From positions 38,316,001 through 38,380,000 of the forward strand of contig NC_043008.1 of assembly GCF_006345805.1 (NCBI RefSeq): a stretch of 64,000 nucleotides of DNA. Direction: 5' to 3'. Of this stretch, positions 1 through 14,315 are shown in pieces. Origin of the DNA: Octopus sinensis (Eukaryota). Numbering within the stretch: position 1 is the stretch's first letter; every line of letters begins with the position of its first letter. Below the pieces are notes generated by a model. That model was not told where the DNA came from. It ran no database searches and was given only the letters and a program-made list of their open reading frames with translations. The position numbers and the translations under genes were made by a program.

Positions 1-257
1 AATATAGTGGAAGAAAATATTTCTTGACAAATAAATTACATTTAATGAAAGTATACAAGTGTCAGATTTTACAAATATGGTGCAAATTATTGTATTGACA
101 TTTAAAACAAGTTAATTTTATAATAATAATGATCATCATCATCATCATCATAAGCATGATTATGATGGCATGTGCACATGTACACAAACATACTCTCAAA
201 CAATCGTATTTCTATTTGTTAAGGTTTGAATGTTTACAGGTTTCTTTTTCTAAATAA

Positions 258-290
<33 letters not shown>

Positions 291-599
291 TATTTCCATT
301 GTGCATGGAGTATGAAATATATTTGTGATTATATTTATGTTAGAAGATATGAGTCCTAAGAGAAGAAAATATGGTTACTGACATGTAACTGTAGTGAGAT
401 AATAGGGGACTAAATAATCTCGCTACATTTTTTGTTATAAATCCTTTCATTTCCAACTATAATTTTTTGGTATAATCTCTTCATTTCCAACCATGCCCAC
501 TTTCTCTCCCCACCTCTCTCTCTCTTTCTTTCTCTCTCTCTTTCTTCTCTCTCTCTCTCTCTCTCTCTCTCTGTACACACACATACTCATGCACATACC

Positions 600-740
600 A
601 TCCTCATCACCTCATCAACATTTTAGCACCCACTTTTCCATGCTGGTACAGGTCAGATGAAAATTTGTTGAACAAATTGTTATAAAGCTTGGTGCTCCTC
701 CTGTCACTTACCCTCACCTGTTTCCAAACAGCATATTCAG
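600..740 (-). mobile_element. Decayed RTE-tailed SINE 3' part (family B)
   Basis: catcaacattttagcacccacttttccatgctgg...ctcctcctgtcacttaccctcacctgtttccaa resembles the family B copies at 5478, 34383, 41900 and 43640; explains the 607-795 ORF. Confidence 0.55.
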
Positions 741-1287
741 AAATGGAAAGGCTTCCCAAGCATTCACATATCTCAGTATTGCCTCGGCCTATCACTGTTC
801 AACTTCAATGTGTGAAAGTGTGTATGGATGTGATGACCTCTAGTGATTAACATCCACAGTTATTCACTGAGTTCGATAAATATGCATACAGATATATGCA
901 TGTATACATATAAATATGTATGTGTATACACACATGCACACACACACACATGCATACACACGCACATAGATATCCTTTAAGTTCGTTTACCTGAAATATT
1001 TGGCATATGCATGTAAATGCTTCTATTTCCTTATGCACAGAGAAGAGAACACATGAATATGGTCCACTCGATGTCTATGGATACTATGGACTGTCCTGGA
1101 ATCATCCCAGGAATACAGATTTACAAAACACATGATTTGTGGGGACACAGGTAGCGATGCATTAAAATGTTCATAAATTCCATCCAAGCATTATTCTTAT
1201 TATTATACATATAATACATACATACATATATATGTAAGACAACAAAAGAAAGAAAGAGACCACGAAATTATGTAAATAGAGGAATTT

Positions 1288-1375
1288 ATCTGTAAATGTA
1301 ATGTGACAATTATTCGGTAGCCATGATTATCATATTATCATGGCTACCGAATAATTGTCACATATTACATTTACA

Positions 1376-1378
<3 letters not shown>
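1288..1378. repeat. Near-perfect palindrome (40/42-bp arms, 9-nt loop)
   Basis: atctgtaaatgtaatgtgacaattattcggtagccatgat / atcatggctaccgaataattgtcacatattacatttacagat; arms match apart from a 2-nt indel. Confidence 0.95.
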
Positions 1379-1428
<50 letters not shown>

Positions 1429-1735
1429 CACATATATATATAATATACATATATATATTTATATTTATAACATATATATATAATATATATATATATAGAT
1501 AGATAGATAGATAGATAGATAGTAGATAGATAGATAGATAAATAGATAGATAGATAGATAGATTAAAGTATGTATATATATATATATAAGTATGTATGTA
1601 TGTATGCATGTATGTATGTATGTAGGTAGGTAGGTAAGAAGGTAGGTATGTATGTATGTAGGCAGGTAGTAGGTAGGTAGGTAAGTAGGTAGGTAGGTAG
1701 ATCAATAGTTAGAAAGACAGACAGAGAGATAGCTA
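1379..1735. repeat. Compound microsatellite (TA)n-(GATA)n-(GTAT)n-(GTAG)n
   Basis: Visible directly; source of the ORFs at 1358-1883. Confidence 0.95.
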
Positions 1736-2099
1736 TAGACATAGATATATAAAGCTGATAATGCAAAGTCAGGAAAAAATGGTTGTTACTTGAAATAATG
1801 TGTATTTTTTTAATGAGAAGAATATTAACTAAGACATATAAGTTTACTATTTGACATTTGATGTTTGATGTGTGATACAACAAGGTTTCCTCATTAAATA
1901 AAATAATTAAGGTCTGCAGAAAATCTTTTAATGTGAGTTAATTGATATATTATATCAGCACTCTAATAATGTTAATTTACTGGGTTCTTATTAATTAGAA
2001 GAAATTAATTGAATATAGGTTTCCATTTGTACTTAAGATATAATAGCGATACTTCGTTTATTTGTTTGTTGTTCAGGAGTCTTTTGCTTCCTTTAAAAC

Positions 2100-2660
2100 A
2101 GTCGTTGATTAATTAATCTCAGTCACACAGCATGTGATCAGATACACTGAAGCTTCTTTGAAACAGTCTTCCATTCATTGGAGGTTTAGCTAGCTTTAAA
2201 CAATCTTCACAAGATTAAGCATGTCTCCATAGCCATATTAAACATCAAATGCTATGAGATGTGTAGAACTGCATTAATAATTGCATTTGATGATTATTAG
2301 ATTGTGAATGAAACAGAATGTTTATCAGATATCTACAGCTAAACCATGGAGTATGTGACTCATGTATGACACTTAAAACTTGTCTAAGGAGACTTAAATT
2401 TCAATAGTTCAGTTTTTGATCGTGTGCTCTGATTTGAGTCAAGTTTTACAACCAAAACAATCTTGATGGAAAGATTAAGTATGTTTACATACACAAAATG
2501 GATTAAGCTCTTTGATTTCATTCCAGCTACATCAATCAACTTCTCACTAGCCTCGCTTGTAAGATACATGCCTCTGCTGAGACTGATAACATCAAAACTA
2601 TTTCTAAATCAGTTCTCAAAATAGGGACTGTGGCCAAATCTTACTCAGAGGGTGATGGGA
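2100..2660 (+). pseudogene. Highly decayed CR1/L2-type reverse transcriptase fragment
   Basis: Broken frames give LISVTQHVIRYTE (cf. PISLTSHxxKxFE) and SYINQLLTSLACKIHASAETDNIK (cf. YINDLPxxxxCKIxLYADDxK) in the expected order; many stops. Confidence 0.35.
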
Positions 2661-3050
2661 TTATTTAAAATGGCATTGCAAGCAAAGGCATTTCCTAAAA
2701 GAGAATTAGTTTTATTGTTGTTTGTTGGAAATTCTTCAGTTGAGGTAAAGAACCGAATAGATGACAGTTCAAAGGAATTTACTAATATGACTCTGATGCT
2801 ATGAAGCATCTACCAGCACCCAACATTTCAATATGTAACTTCTGCTACATATACATCACCATAATTTTCCCCATTGTATGAGGATGTAGTTTACCATGTT
2901 GCCATGGTTTGGAAGCAGATTTTCCTTACATCTTGATCTCGTGAGACCCATCTTGTATGTGTTAGACCTAACAACCTCATCTCTAGTCTGACTTAGTTAC
3001 TCCACACCCTCTATAGAAGTACTTTCCTCCAATCAGTTAATAGCATATTC

Positions 3051-3447
3051 GTAGGCACAGGAGTCGCTGTGTGGTAAGTAGCTTGTTTATGAACCACATG
3101 GTTCCAGGTTCTATCCCACTGAGTGGCACCTTGGGCAAGTGTCTTCTACTATAGCCTCAGGCTTTGTGAATGGATTTGGTAGACAGAAACTGAAAAGAAG
3201 CCCATTGTATATATGTATATGTATATATATGTGTATGTGTATTTGTGTGTCTGTGTTTGTCCCCCCTCAATCGCTTGACAACCGATGCTGGTGTGTTTAC
3301 ATCCCCGTAACTTAGTGGTTCAGCAAAAGAGACCAATAGAATAAGTACTAGGCTTACAAAGAATAAGTCCTGGGGTCAATTTGCTCAACTAAAGGCAATG
3401 CTCCAGCATGGCCACAGTCAAATGACTGAAACAAGTAAAAGAGTAAA
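3051..3447 (+). mobile_element. tRNA-derived SINE, family A (CORE-like centre), full length
   Basis: A-box/B-box-like head (tcgctgtgtgg...ggttctatcc), ggcaccttgggcaagtgtcttc centre, internal (TA/TG)n, tail gactgaaacaagtaaaagag; more than 10 similar copies in the window. Confidence 0.85.
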
Positions 3448-3461
3448 CAAAAATAAGAGCC

Positions 3462-3616
3462 TTAACACCATTGACTGACCAGCTAGACATAGCAGTTAAA
3501 ACAGTCACAAATCATACCATAATCATTTTAAACACAGCCAGGTCACAGTAGAAAATGTTGGCCTAGGTAACTATTTCCAAAAAATTAGAAAAGGAAAGTT
3601 GGATAGTTAGGGTTAA
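3462..3616. mobile_element. Possible TTAA-flanked MITE
   Basis: Ends ttaacacc... and ...agggttaa form a short imperfect inverted pair with TTAA termini. Confidence 0.25.
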
Positions 3617-4192
3617 AATGCCTTATATGATAGATAAGCTTTCTTTATGCAGCAACAGTGCTTACCATGCATATCCCAGTACCACTTTAGTTTTCTCTTC
3701 CAATTATAGTGTCTGATACAATTGATAGGAAGTCGTTTTCTCAAAGCTTTTGCACTTGACTACCAACATAATTTAACATTGAAATTATTAATTCTCCTAT
3801 AGCATGCTAATATAAAACAATTGAATTTAGATGTTAAGTGAACTCACAAAATGTGTGTGTATATATAAGTGTGTGTGTGTGTGTATGTGCGTGTGTAAAT
3901 ATATTTATATATAAATATATGTATATTAATGTGTGTGTATATGTAAATGCATATATACACATACGCACACATGTGTATAAATACATAGCTATGTATACAT
4001 ACATGTATGTATATATGCATATATATGTGTGTATGTGTTTATGTGAGTAAATATATATATTTATGCATATATGTATATAGATGAATCTATAGCTGTATGT
4101 ACTTATATATGTATATCTATGTGTGTGTATATATAAGTGTGTGTGTGTGTGTATGTGCGTGTGTAAATATATTATATATATATATATTATAT

Positions 4193-4250
<58 letters not shown>

Positions 4251-4568
4251 CATGTGTCTGTGTGTGTAAGTGCATGTGTATATATATGATGGATGGCCCG
4301 TATGACCTGAAGTTTGTCTGTGTTTTAACCTCAAACTAAAACCAATAGTAGCCACTCTTCCATTTTGAACTGTAATGTATTTAGGAATGCACAACATGCA
4401 AGCACACATACATAATATATATGTATATGTACACTTGTGTGAGTCATCATCATCGTCGTCATCATCATCATCATCATCATCATTTAGCGTCTGTTGTTCA
4501 TGCTGCCATGGGTTGGACGATTTGACCAGGGCTGGCCATGTGTAAGTGTGTGTGTGTATGCATATATA

Positions 4569-5431
4569 CAGAGCACAATGGGTTCATTGTTTTCATTTTA
4601 TATTTTTAATTTCACATATGCACATTGCATGCTTTTGATTTTGTTGACTACACAGTATAGTAGGGCCAGTTGGGCACCGTTTGTGGGGAAAACCATGACA
4701 CAATTCACTCTGCCAGAAATTTGGAAACGACATACTGTACTGCTTGACATTTGTGCTGTATGATCCAATACAAACATTTCAAAGTGTTTCAGTGTCAATC
4801 GGAGAACAGTGCAACTTGAGAACATGTACCAAGAGTGATAAAAATAAAACATCCAATCAACATCATGGTGTTTAGAGTGATCACTAGTGATGGCAACGTT
4901 ATTCCTCCATTCAACTTCCCACGCGGTCTCAGACTTAACATGGAGGCCTACATTAAGTGCCTAGAGGAAGTAGTGCTGCCCTAGGTCAAGAGGGTAGCTG
5001 TTGGAAGACCCTATGTCTGGCAACAGGACTTGGCACCATGCCACATAAGCAAGAGAACCCAGTCATGGCTGTCAGACAATTTCTGTAACTACATCATCCC
5101 TAACATCTGGCCACTTAACTTCCCCTTGATTATTATGCGTGGGACATAGTTGAATGAGAGACCAACAAAACTCCTTGTAACACCAAAGATGAACTGAAGG
5201 CAAGGATTATGACAGCATTCATCAACTCAAACAGAGAGACTGTCCAGAAGAGTTGCAAGAGATTCTGAAGTCATTGGTAGCTGTGGTTGAAGCCAATGGT
5301 GATTTTATTGAATAAACTTACTCTTTAGTATTTCAAGATATTTTAATGTAATTTTGGTAAATATATCAGTTAAAATTAGATGTCAGTGATATTTCCATTT
5401 TTGCACAATTTAAATGACAGTTTATACACTG
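4569..5431 (+). mobile_element. Internally deleted Tc1/mariner DNA transposon, DD37D (maT-like) transposase pseudogene
   Basis: From the ATG at 4695: MTQFTLPEIWKRH...VNRRTVQ; then KHPINIMVFRVITSDG...YVWQQDLAPCHISKRTQSWLSDNF...IWPLN[deletion]PLDYYAW...VEANGDFIE* ending at 5315. Spacing fits D(37)D if the deleted SPDxN is restored; stops and frameshifts; degenerate CAG...CTG ends. Confidence 0.85.
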
Positions 5432-5477
5432 CATAATGTATATATATGTATATATGTATATAAATATATATGTATAT

Positions 5478-5760
5478 ATCATCATCACCATTTATCGTCC
5501 ATTTTCCATGCTGGCATGGGTGAACGATTTGACTGAGGTCTGGAAAGCCAGTGGCTGCACCAGGCTCCAATCTGATCTGGCAATGTTTCTACAGCTGGAT
5601 GCCTTCCCTAATGCCAACCATTCTGAGAGTGTAGTGGGTGCTTTTTACATGCCACCGGCAGGGGAGCCAGTCAGGTGGCCCTGGCATCGATCACATTTGG
5701 ATGGTGCTTTTTACATGCCACCAGCATGGGAACCAGTCAGGGGGCAGTGGCCACAGCTAC
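5478..5760 (-). mobile_element. SINE family B (RTE-like tail ending in (GAT)n) with two internal ~60-bp units
   Basis: Reverse complement of ...ggttggcattagggaaggcatccagctgtagaaac...ccatgccagcatggaaaatggacgataaatggtgatgatg; duplicated ggtgctttttacatgccacc unit. Confidence 0.8.
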
Positions 5761-6256
5761 AATATATGTATATATATATATTATATATATATCTATATCT
5801 CTCTCTATATATATATATACATACACACATATATGCATACATCATAGATATGTTGAGGGAGGCATACATGTATGTGTGTGTATGCTTCTACATGCGTATA
5901 TTCAGCTGCTCTAGGCCTGCATTACCATTTCCAAAGAAGTAACTCTGCTGCAGCTAGCATCGGAATTTTCAGATAGACAGTAATAGATTGTACAACACAA
6001 AGCATGTAATACGTCCTGATTACCACACTGCCTTTCTCCTCCATTCCATATATGTTGATGTGTGCAGTGTGTCCCTCAGCAAGGCAGAGAGACATTGACC
6101 TGCAGGTCACTCTTTGTTATTCAACTCACTATTTGTATGCCATGTGACTGCTGAGTCAACCCTCACCTGGGGGCTAAACGGTGCAATGCAAACACAATAT
6201 CCATTCGATATAAATGATTGCCTACTAACGAATCACAAAACAATGGAATTAGAAAG

Positions 6257-6347
<91 letters not shown>

Positions 6348-7027
6348 GAAAAGTAAAATTAGAAGTGAGTTTTTCAAGGCCTTGAGTAAATAAGAGTAGT
6401 ATTTGTTAAATAAATCTTGGTGAATATTTACAAAACTCCCTAGGATTTTTGTTCTGAGAGAAAATTAATTTTATGAAGTAATTAGTTTATGAATCCAGAA
6501 TATTGGTAAAAATTCAAAATTTGGTTAATTCAAAACATTAGAAATTCGATGCTAAATTTTTGCTGAAAGCATATCACACATACACATGCGTGCAAACACA
6601 TATACATATACACACATAAATGCATGCACATAAGTGTACACACACACACACACATACATATATGTTTGTATTTGTATTTATATATAGTGAGAAAAAGAGA
6701 GAGAGAGAGAGAGAGAAAGGGAGGGGGGAGCATGGAGAAGTAGGAAGAGAATAACAATGCTAAATACAGATTTAAAAAGCAAAAATCAACACAAAGATTA
6801 TTAAAATTCTATTTGACAAATTATTAATTTATTTCATTATTTTTGACAGCATTAATGATGATTAATCAACAAAATATTTTATGTTTGAAAATTGGACAGG
6901 TTTAAAACTGGCTAATAATTCTTCGCAAAAACAGGAAGGAATTGAAATCTCAAAGAAAAATCCCACAATTCGAATATTTGATAGGGAAAGAAATTCTCAG
7001 CAAGATTATATACAAAAAAATTAACAA

Positions 7028-7415
7028 GCACTGGTGTGGGTGCGTGGTTAGAAGTTTGTTTACCAACCATATGGTTCATAGTTCAGTCCCACTTTGGCAA
7101 GTGTCTTTTACCATAGCCTTGGGCTGGTCAAAGCCTTGGGAGTGGATTTGGTAGAAGGAAACTGAAAGAAGCCCATCGTATTTATATCTATGTGTGTGTG
7201 TATTTGTATCTATGTTTGTCCCTACCAATACTTGACAAATTGTGTTGGTGTGTTTATGTCCCTGTAACTTAGCAGTTTGGCAAAAGAGACTAATAAAATA
7301 AGTACCAGGCTTAAAAGAAAATGGTACTGAAAACGATTTGTTCAGCTAAAATTCCTCAAGGCAGTGCTCCAGTATGGCTACTGTCTAGTGACTGAAACAC
7401 GTTAATGATAAGAGA
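7028..7415 (+). mobile_element. SINE family A
   Basis: Collinear with the 3051 copy. Confidence 0.8.
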
Positions 7416-7972
7416 TAAAAAATGATTGACAACGTACGTGGGAATAAATAATTAACGTATGTTCCAAAGCTGCCCAAAGATATATCAATGGACAGCACTA
7501 AGATAGTTGCCAAGTAGTTTTCCAAGAAAGCATGAAATGAACCAATTGATTTGGTTTGGCAAACAAGCATGTCATCTGCACTTGATGGTACAGCAGAAAG
7601 AGAAAATGGAAAAGAAATCTGATGTTTAGTTTTATCCAAATTCTTAGAAATACATTGTGAGAGAAGATTTGTTTGCCTTCAGGCAAACGTATATGGTTCG
7701 ATTTTATTCCAGGTTAAGAAGAAATTCTCAATAAATATGTGGTATTAATGGATTTGGTTTTGTAAAGAATTCAGACAGATATCATAATGATTATATTAAA
7801 GTATTTTTAACAATAATAAAACAGAATTTAGCCTAATAGCTATTTATTCCTTGAACTGCAAACCACTGTCTTTGAATAATTATCAACGCATTATAGCCCA
7901 TTCCCTTATTCGTTTCATTAGCTCTCCCTTGATTGGGGATAACATCATGATTAGAGCAGTATAGTTCGGAGG

Positions 7973-8225
7973 TGTGAGTTTGAGTCTCATAGCCAGCCGC
8001 CAACACTTTTTCAGGCGGTAAGCTGGCAGAAACGTTAGCACGCCGGGCAAAATGCTTAACAGTATTTCGTCTGCTGCTACGTTCTGAGTTCAAATTCCGC
8101 TGAGGTCAACTTTGCCTTTCATCCTTTTGGGGTCGATTAAATAAGTACCAGTTACTGGGGCCAATATAATCGACTTAATCTGTTTGTCTGTCCTTGTTTG
8201 TTCCCTTGTGAGCAGTAAAGAAATA
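7973..8225 (+). mobile_element. SINE family C (Deu/Nin-like domain) with 15-bp target-site duplication
   Basis: B box gagttcaaattcc, domain gcctttcatccttttggggtcgattaaataagtaccag; flanked by agtatagttcggagg (7958-7972) and agtatagttcagagg (8226-8240). Confidence 0.85.
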
Positions 8226-8799
8226 AGTATAGTTCAGAGGTTTCTCTCTAACCTGGCTTAATCTCATAGAAGGACCTGATCATAATACTGTATGCTAACA
8301 AAACACAATTCTGCTTCACCGAGCAGAGAACCAAATAACATAGTGTTACCTGTTTACAATTAAGTAAATTTATTTAGCCATTCAAAGTTGTTTTGACCAA
8401 CGAACACACAGTAATAGTGAAAGGGTATAAATATGCTAATGACTTGACTGGTTGTCCAATAGCATAATGGCTTATCTCTTCACATCTCTTCTGTTTGAGC
8501 CAATAACAGCCTCACAGTGTCAATGCAGTGCTCAGACAAAAGAACGCAAGTTCAAAACAACAAGCACAAAATAAATAACTAAATAAATAAATAAAATTCT
8601 ATGAACTATTTTGAAAAATACTATTATTATTGAAAAAGAAAAACGAAAAATAGTGAAGCAGATGTAAGTACGTAAAGCTTTTGATATGATATGGTTAATC
8701 AGCTACACCCCCTCAGATAATTGATATTTGTTTCAAAAGAAACATCTCTGAAGTCTTACTAGTTCATCAGCAAAATATCTGAAATAATGAAACTTTGCT

Positions 8800-10000
<1,201 letters not shown>

Positions 10001-11269
10001 ACAGAGAATAATAAAAATCAATTACCATCTACTTCGAGAGGTGAAACTGGTTGAGTGGATAAGCTACTTGTCTGCAACTTCATATGTTTTGGATTCAAAT
10101 CCACGATAGAAGTTTTCATTGAGTAAATCACTTAATTACTCATGTAACAGGTTATCATCTTCAAACTTCATAGCAGAAAGTTTGGGAAAATTACAAGCGA
10201 CAAATGTACATACCATCCAGGAAGAGAACTCTTCCTCTTCCACACCACCGGCCTCTCTCTTTCCATCTCCTGCTGTACACTACAAAAACTAGAGTAGTTC
10301 ATAAAAAGATTAACCAGAGATTACATGAGTGATGTATGCGCCACTACAAGCTGAATGCAGTAGTGTTTTTGTATGTTCTCTGCATCAAAGACAGAAATCC
10401 TATAATAATGGTTTTGAGTTGTTGCTTTTGTATGTTTGATGTTTCAGTTTACAACTGTTTTCTTCCAATGCTAGTTTGGCCTCAAAGCAGCATCTCTGAT
10501 TGGTTACTGCTGTTGAGGCACACAGCCACTTGTTTTGCATGCTATTTTCATCAACATTGGAAAGATAAAATATGGCATTTAGTGTGAAATCTCCTACAAC
10601 TGCCAACACGCTGACTCTTCTGTTGCAGTAACAGTTTTAACTGTTATGGCATGAGAAACATCCATAATCAGGTGTAAATATCTTGTAGTGATTTGAGTCT
10701 ATAGCAATGCCTATTTCTTCTCTTAATAGCTTTCTAAGTAATTAGGATTGGACGACATTTCAAATGACATCCTTAATTAATAGCAATCAATAGTTAATGA
10801 GATAATGCATTATTTTCAAGGAAGGCATAGCTAAATTCAACAAGATAGCATGAAAGTTCATTAAATAAACACAACTCACTTTATGCATTGACAATTGTTA
10901 TAGTTATGTATTGAAAGTGACAAAAGTATTTTTTTTTCTAATTCAATTACAGAAACACAGCTAGACTGATGTTGCTCAATTAGCAAAAAGTAGCCAGTGA
11001 GATTTCGTGTGATAAACAGATGAAGAAGTAAGTTTAGCTGCACCTGATGGCACATACACCAGGCTTTTCATGAGGACCCCCAAAAACATCATGGTGTGAA
11101 CGTAAGATCAAAGACGAGATACATGGTGATGATTAAAATGAATGAGGAGGGAGGGGGAGAATGGGAGAGGAGAAGTTGTGGGAGAGAAGGAAGATGGAGA
11201 AGGAGGAAGAAGTGGAGGAGAAGAAGAAGAAGAAGAAGAAGATGATATTTCTAGGCGATTCACCCATAC

Positions 11270-11670
11270 GCAGCGTTACTCATTTTTGCCAGCTGAGTGG
11301 ACTGGAGCAACATGAAATGAAGTGTTTTGCTCAAGAACACATCGCGTCGCCCGATCCAGGAATCGAAACCACAATCTTTCAATCATGATGCTGACTACCT
11401 AACCACTAAGCCACACGCCTCCACACCTGCACAAATGGTTAGTTTATAGTGATCAAGTGTTTGTGCTGTACATTAACTCACTCCCTCCGTCAAATCAGCA
11501 TTGTCAGAACATGTATAAATTATACCACATGTCTGGTGTTGAAGTGATCACAAAACAACATGAAATGAAGGGTTTTGCTCAAGAATACAATGCAAAACCC
11601 AGTCCAGGAATTAAAAACATGATCTCATGATCATGAGTGCAACAACTGAACAATTAAGCCATGTGTCCTC
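11270..11670 (-). mobile_element. Two SINE family E heads (tRNA head + cttgagcaaaacacttcatttc...ctccagtccactcagctg domain)
   Basis: Two collinear copies at about 11270-11425 and 11520-11670, matching 13683, 41240, 42590 and 61200. Confidence 0.75.
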
Positions 11671-11791
11671 AATTTCTAATAAATAAGATGTAGCTAACAC
11701 ATAAAATTAATTATTTATAACTACATTGCAAGAGGACATTATAATTATATATTACCATGAAATGTAGTTTTTTTTTTCATTTTTGCTTCAG

Positions 11792-11828
11792 GAATGTATC
11801 ATTCATACCTTCACAGACAGATTAGATT
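11792..11828 (+). CDS. Candidate short exon (37 nt), unknown protein
   Basis: Strong acceptor ttttttttcatttttgcttcag, donor TT|gtaagg; open as ECIIHTFTDRLD or GMYHSYLHRQIR; no homology recognised. Confidence 0.15.
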
Positions 11829-12229
11829 GTAAGGATTGTAAGAAAGAAGAAAATGCCAGTTTACTGTGTGTTATCAATTCCAGGTTGTAGCTATTTCACT
11901 TCTTTTGAATCGTATTTCATATATGTATACATAACAGTAAGGATACATGGAAAATATAAGTAAACAAACAAATGAATATACACGCATATATTTCAAAGCA
12001 AGTCTTTGGAAACTGTCTGTCGTTAGTTTAATATATTTTTCGTTCTGGATTGGCAGGAAAGGAGTGAAAAGCTCTTCTGTTTTTTTTTTCCATTTTTTTC
12101 CCAAAAAAATAAGTAAAGTCACTCACTAACGCTTAACTTTAAATGATGTGTATTCAAATATGGTTCTGCAAAATGTCGTAGTGACATAATGTCCAATATA
12201 TGTTGAGGAATTTGCAATAATCAATGATA

Positions 12230-12900
12230 TATTTGTTGACTTTATTGATCGACTTCATGAAATTTTCTGACAAACATAACCATGCTAACAGAACCTAATT
12301 TCTTGTAAAAATATTTGTTGAATGTGGACTTAAGAAAGCACTGTACACTAACCATAACAATATTGCTCGATAATTGATGAATAACAATAGAAACAATAAC
12401 AAATACGAAGCATTTCCATATTTCCACAGAAATCTTGAAGAAAAATTCATAAGGATGTTGGTTTATTATGCTGCATTCAAAGTGAACAGTCAATAACAAC
12501 CACTGCAAAATAGCAATAACGAATAGAAACGAAATTTTTACTTATATAAGATATTCATGACCACACCCTTAACAAAAGCCTAATGAAGCTGCTTCAAATT
12601 TAATAAATGCATGCAAAACATCGGACAATGTATTCTACCACACATCTCATTGCTTTAACATATTTCTAATTCATTCTTCTCGGATGCTCACTGTTATATC
12701 TACATCAAATCATAAAGGGGGCTTTTATGGCTTTTTACTCAATGATGTGTTTCTGTTATGACATAGTAAGTGTCTCTCCCAAGACATCTGACAGAACATT
12801 TAGGGCTAGCTTTTAGATTTCGTAACATGATGTCGATAAAAGATAAATCTCTCTTGAAGGAGTTACCATTTGAGTAAAATCTGCCTGATAAGCTGGATCT
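12230..12900 (+). pseudogene. Possible fossil Penelope-like element (RT C-terminal part towards GIY-YIG)
   Basis: KIFVECGLKKAL...YEAFPYFHRNLEEKFIRMLVYYAAFKV resembles the PLE pattern FxxxGYP...PYxxxLSExIxRxL...xAFK; KTSDRTFRA resembles GxTxRxFxxR; many stops. Confidence 0.3.
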
Positions 12901-13234
12901 ATAGATTATTGACAGAATAGTGGATCTGGAACACTTATGATTACATACATTTATTGCTTAAATACAAAATATCTATCTAAGAACTAAAACTACAGCCAAA
13001 ATCACAAACCAATAAGTCCACCCCACAATTTGGTGTCTACATAACACTGCATAGAATGTCAGTCTGTCTACAGTAAATACATTATAATAAAGGATAATGT
13101 CTCATGAAGCAACACAGTCTTATGAAATTTCAACTGGGGTCCTAATGTCTTGAGCATTTGGTCCTTAAAAGATACTTTCATGTGACACATAAAAGCACCT
13201 GTATCAGTGACACAGTAAAGACAGCCACTACATT

Positions 13235-13395
13235 TTTAGAGTGGCTGGTGTTAAGAAGGGCATCCAGTCATAGAAGCCAGGTCCAAATCAGACTGGCACC
13301 TGGTGCAGCTCTTCGGTTCCTTACTAGTTCCAGTCAAACCATCTAACCCATGTCACTATAGAAAGCAGACGCTAAATGAAGATGATGATGATGAG
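13235..13395 (+). mobile_element. SINE family B 3' tail
   Basis: gagtggctggtgttaagaagggcatccag...gacgctaaatgaagatgatgatgatg. Confidence 0.75.
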
Positions 13396-13682
13396 GATAA
13401 TATATATACATACATACATACATACATACATACACACACATATATATATATACATACATACATACATACATACACACATACATATATATATATATATATA
13501 GTTCAAATTTACAGAAAACAAGCGATGAAGACAGGTGTATGAGCAACAAGCAGGTGTATTAGTTTAATGCTTCAGAAGAATGGAAAAGTCTTTTATGTTT
13601 CACACCTACACTCTTTGATAGAAAGGATTAAGAGGAAAAAAATGGAGAGAGAATGCACCCACACACACACACACATATATAT

Positions 13683-13975
13683 AGTGTGAAGGCATGTGGC
13701 TCAGTGGATAGAGAAAGTGTTGAGCTTACGATCATGAGGTTGTGAGTTCGATTCCCACACCAGCCTGCATCGTGTATTCTTGAGCAAGACAGTTTATTTC
13801 ACGTTGCTCCAGTTCACTCAGCTGTAGAAACGAGTTGCATCATCACTGCTGGTCTTCCATAAAAACAACCCTAGGTTGTGCATTTGCCGGTGAGGTAACT
13901 TTCCACCCAGACTTGTACCCAGAGGGAAATCTTAGGTGCACCCATGGTAATTTGTGACTGATGGAACTGAGTTTT

Positions 13976-13978
<3 letters not shown>
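13683..13978 (+). mobile_element. SINE family E head with a distinct tail
   Basis: A box tggctcagtgg, B box gagttcgattccc, centre cttgagcaagacagtttatttcacgttgctccagttcactcagctg. Confidence 0.8.
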
Positions 13979-14007
<29 letters not shown>

Positions 14008-14208
14008 TGCAGTTATGTATGTAAATGTATGTATACATACACATATATATGTATACACACACACATATATCAATATTTTGTTTTTGTATTTCATTTACAA
14101 GAATTTTGATGTGAGCTTGGTTTTTTAAACAGATTTTAGTGTATTTTGGGAGGATCATTCTGCCACTAATAAACACATGTACTGGTTCTATTTCACTTCT
14201 TATTTTAT

Positions 14209-14315
14209 TATTAGTCAACTAGTAAGCCATTTATCAGCCAATTGACTGAGTAACCAAACCAGTAATTGAATGGTCAATAAGTCAATTGGTTATATGGATA
14301 ACTAGTTGACTAATA
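14209..14315. repeat. Small fold-back (MITE-like) with nested stems
   Basis: Perfect 15-bp stem tattagtcaactagt/actagttgactaata plus 12-bp inner stem agccaattgact/agtcaattggtt. Confidence 0.8.

Noticed and set aside
6899-7024. Open frame GLKLANNSSQKQEGIEISKKNPTIRIFDRERNSQQDYIQKN*
   Set aside because: Weak acceptor, no recognisable homology; a length that can occur by chance.
8715-8780. Minus-strand CTGATGA...GAAAC
   Set aside because: No stem II pairing and no NUH site in the right place; probably chance.
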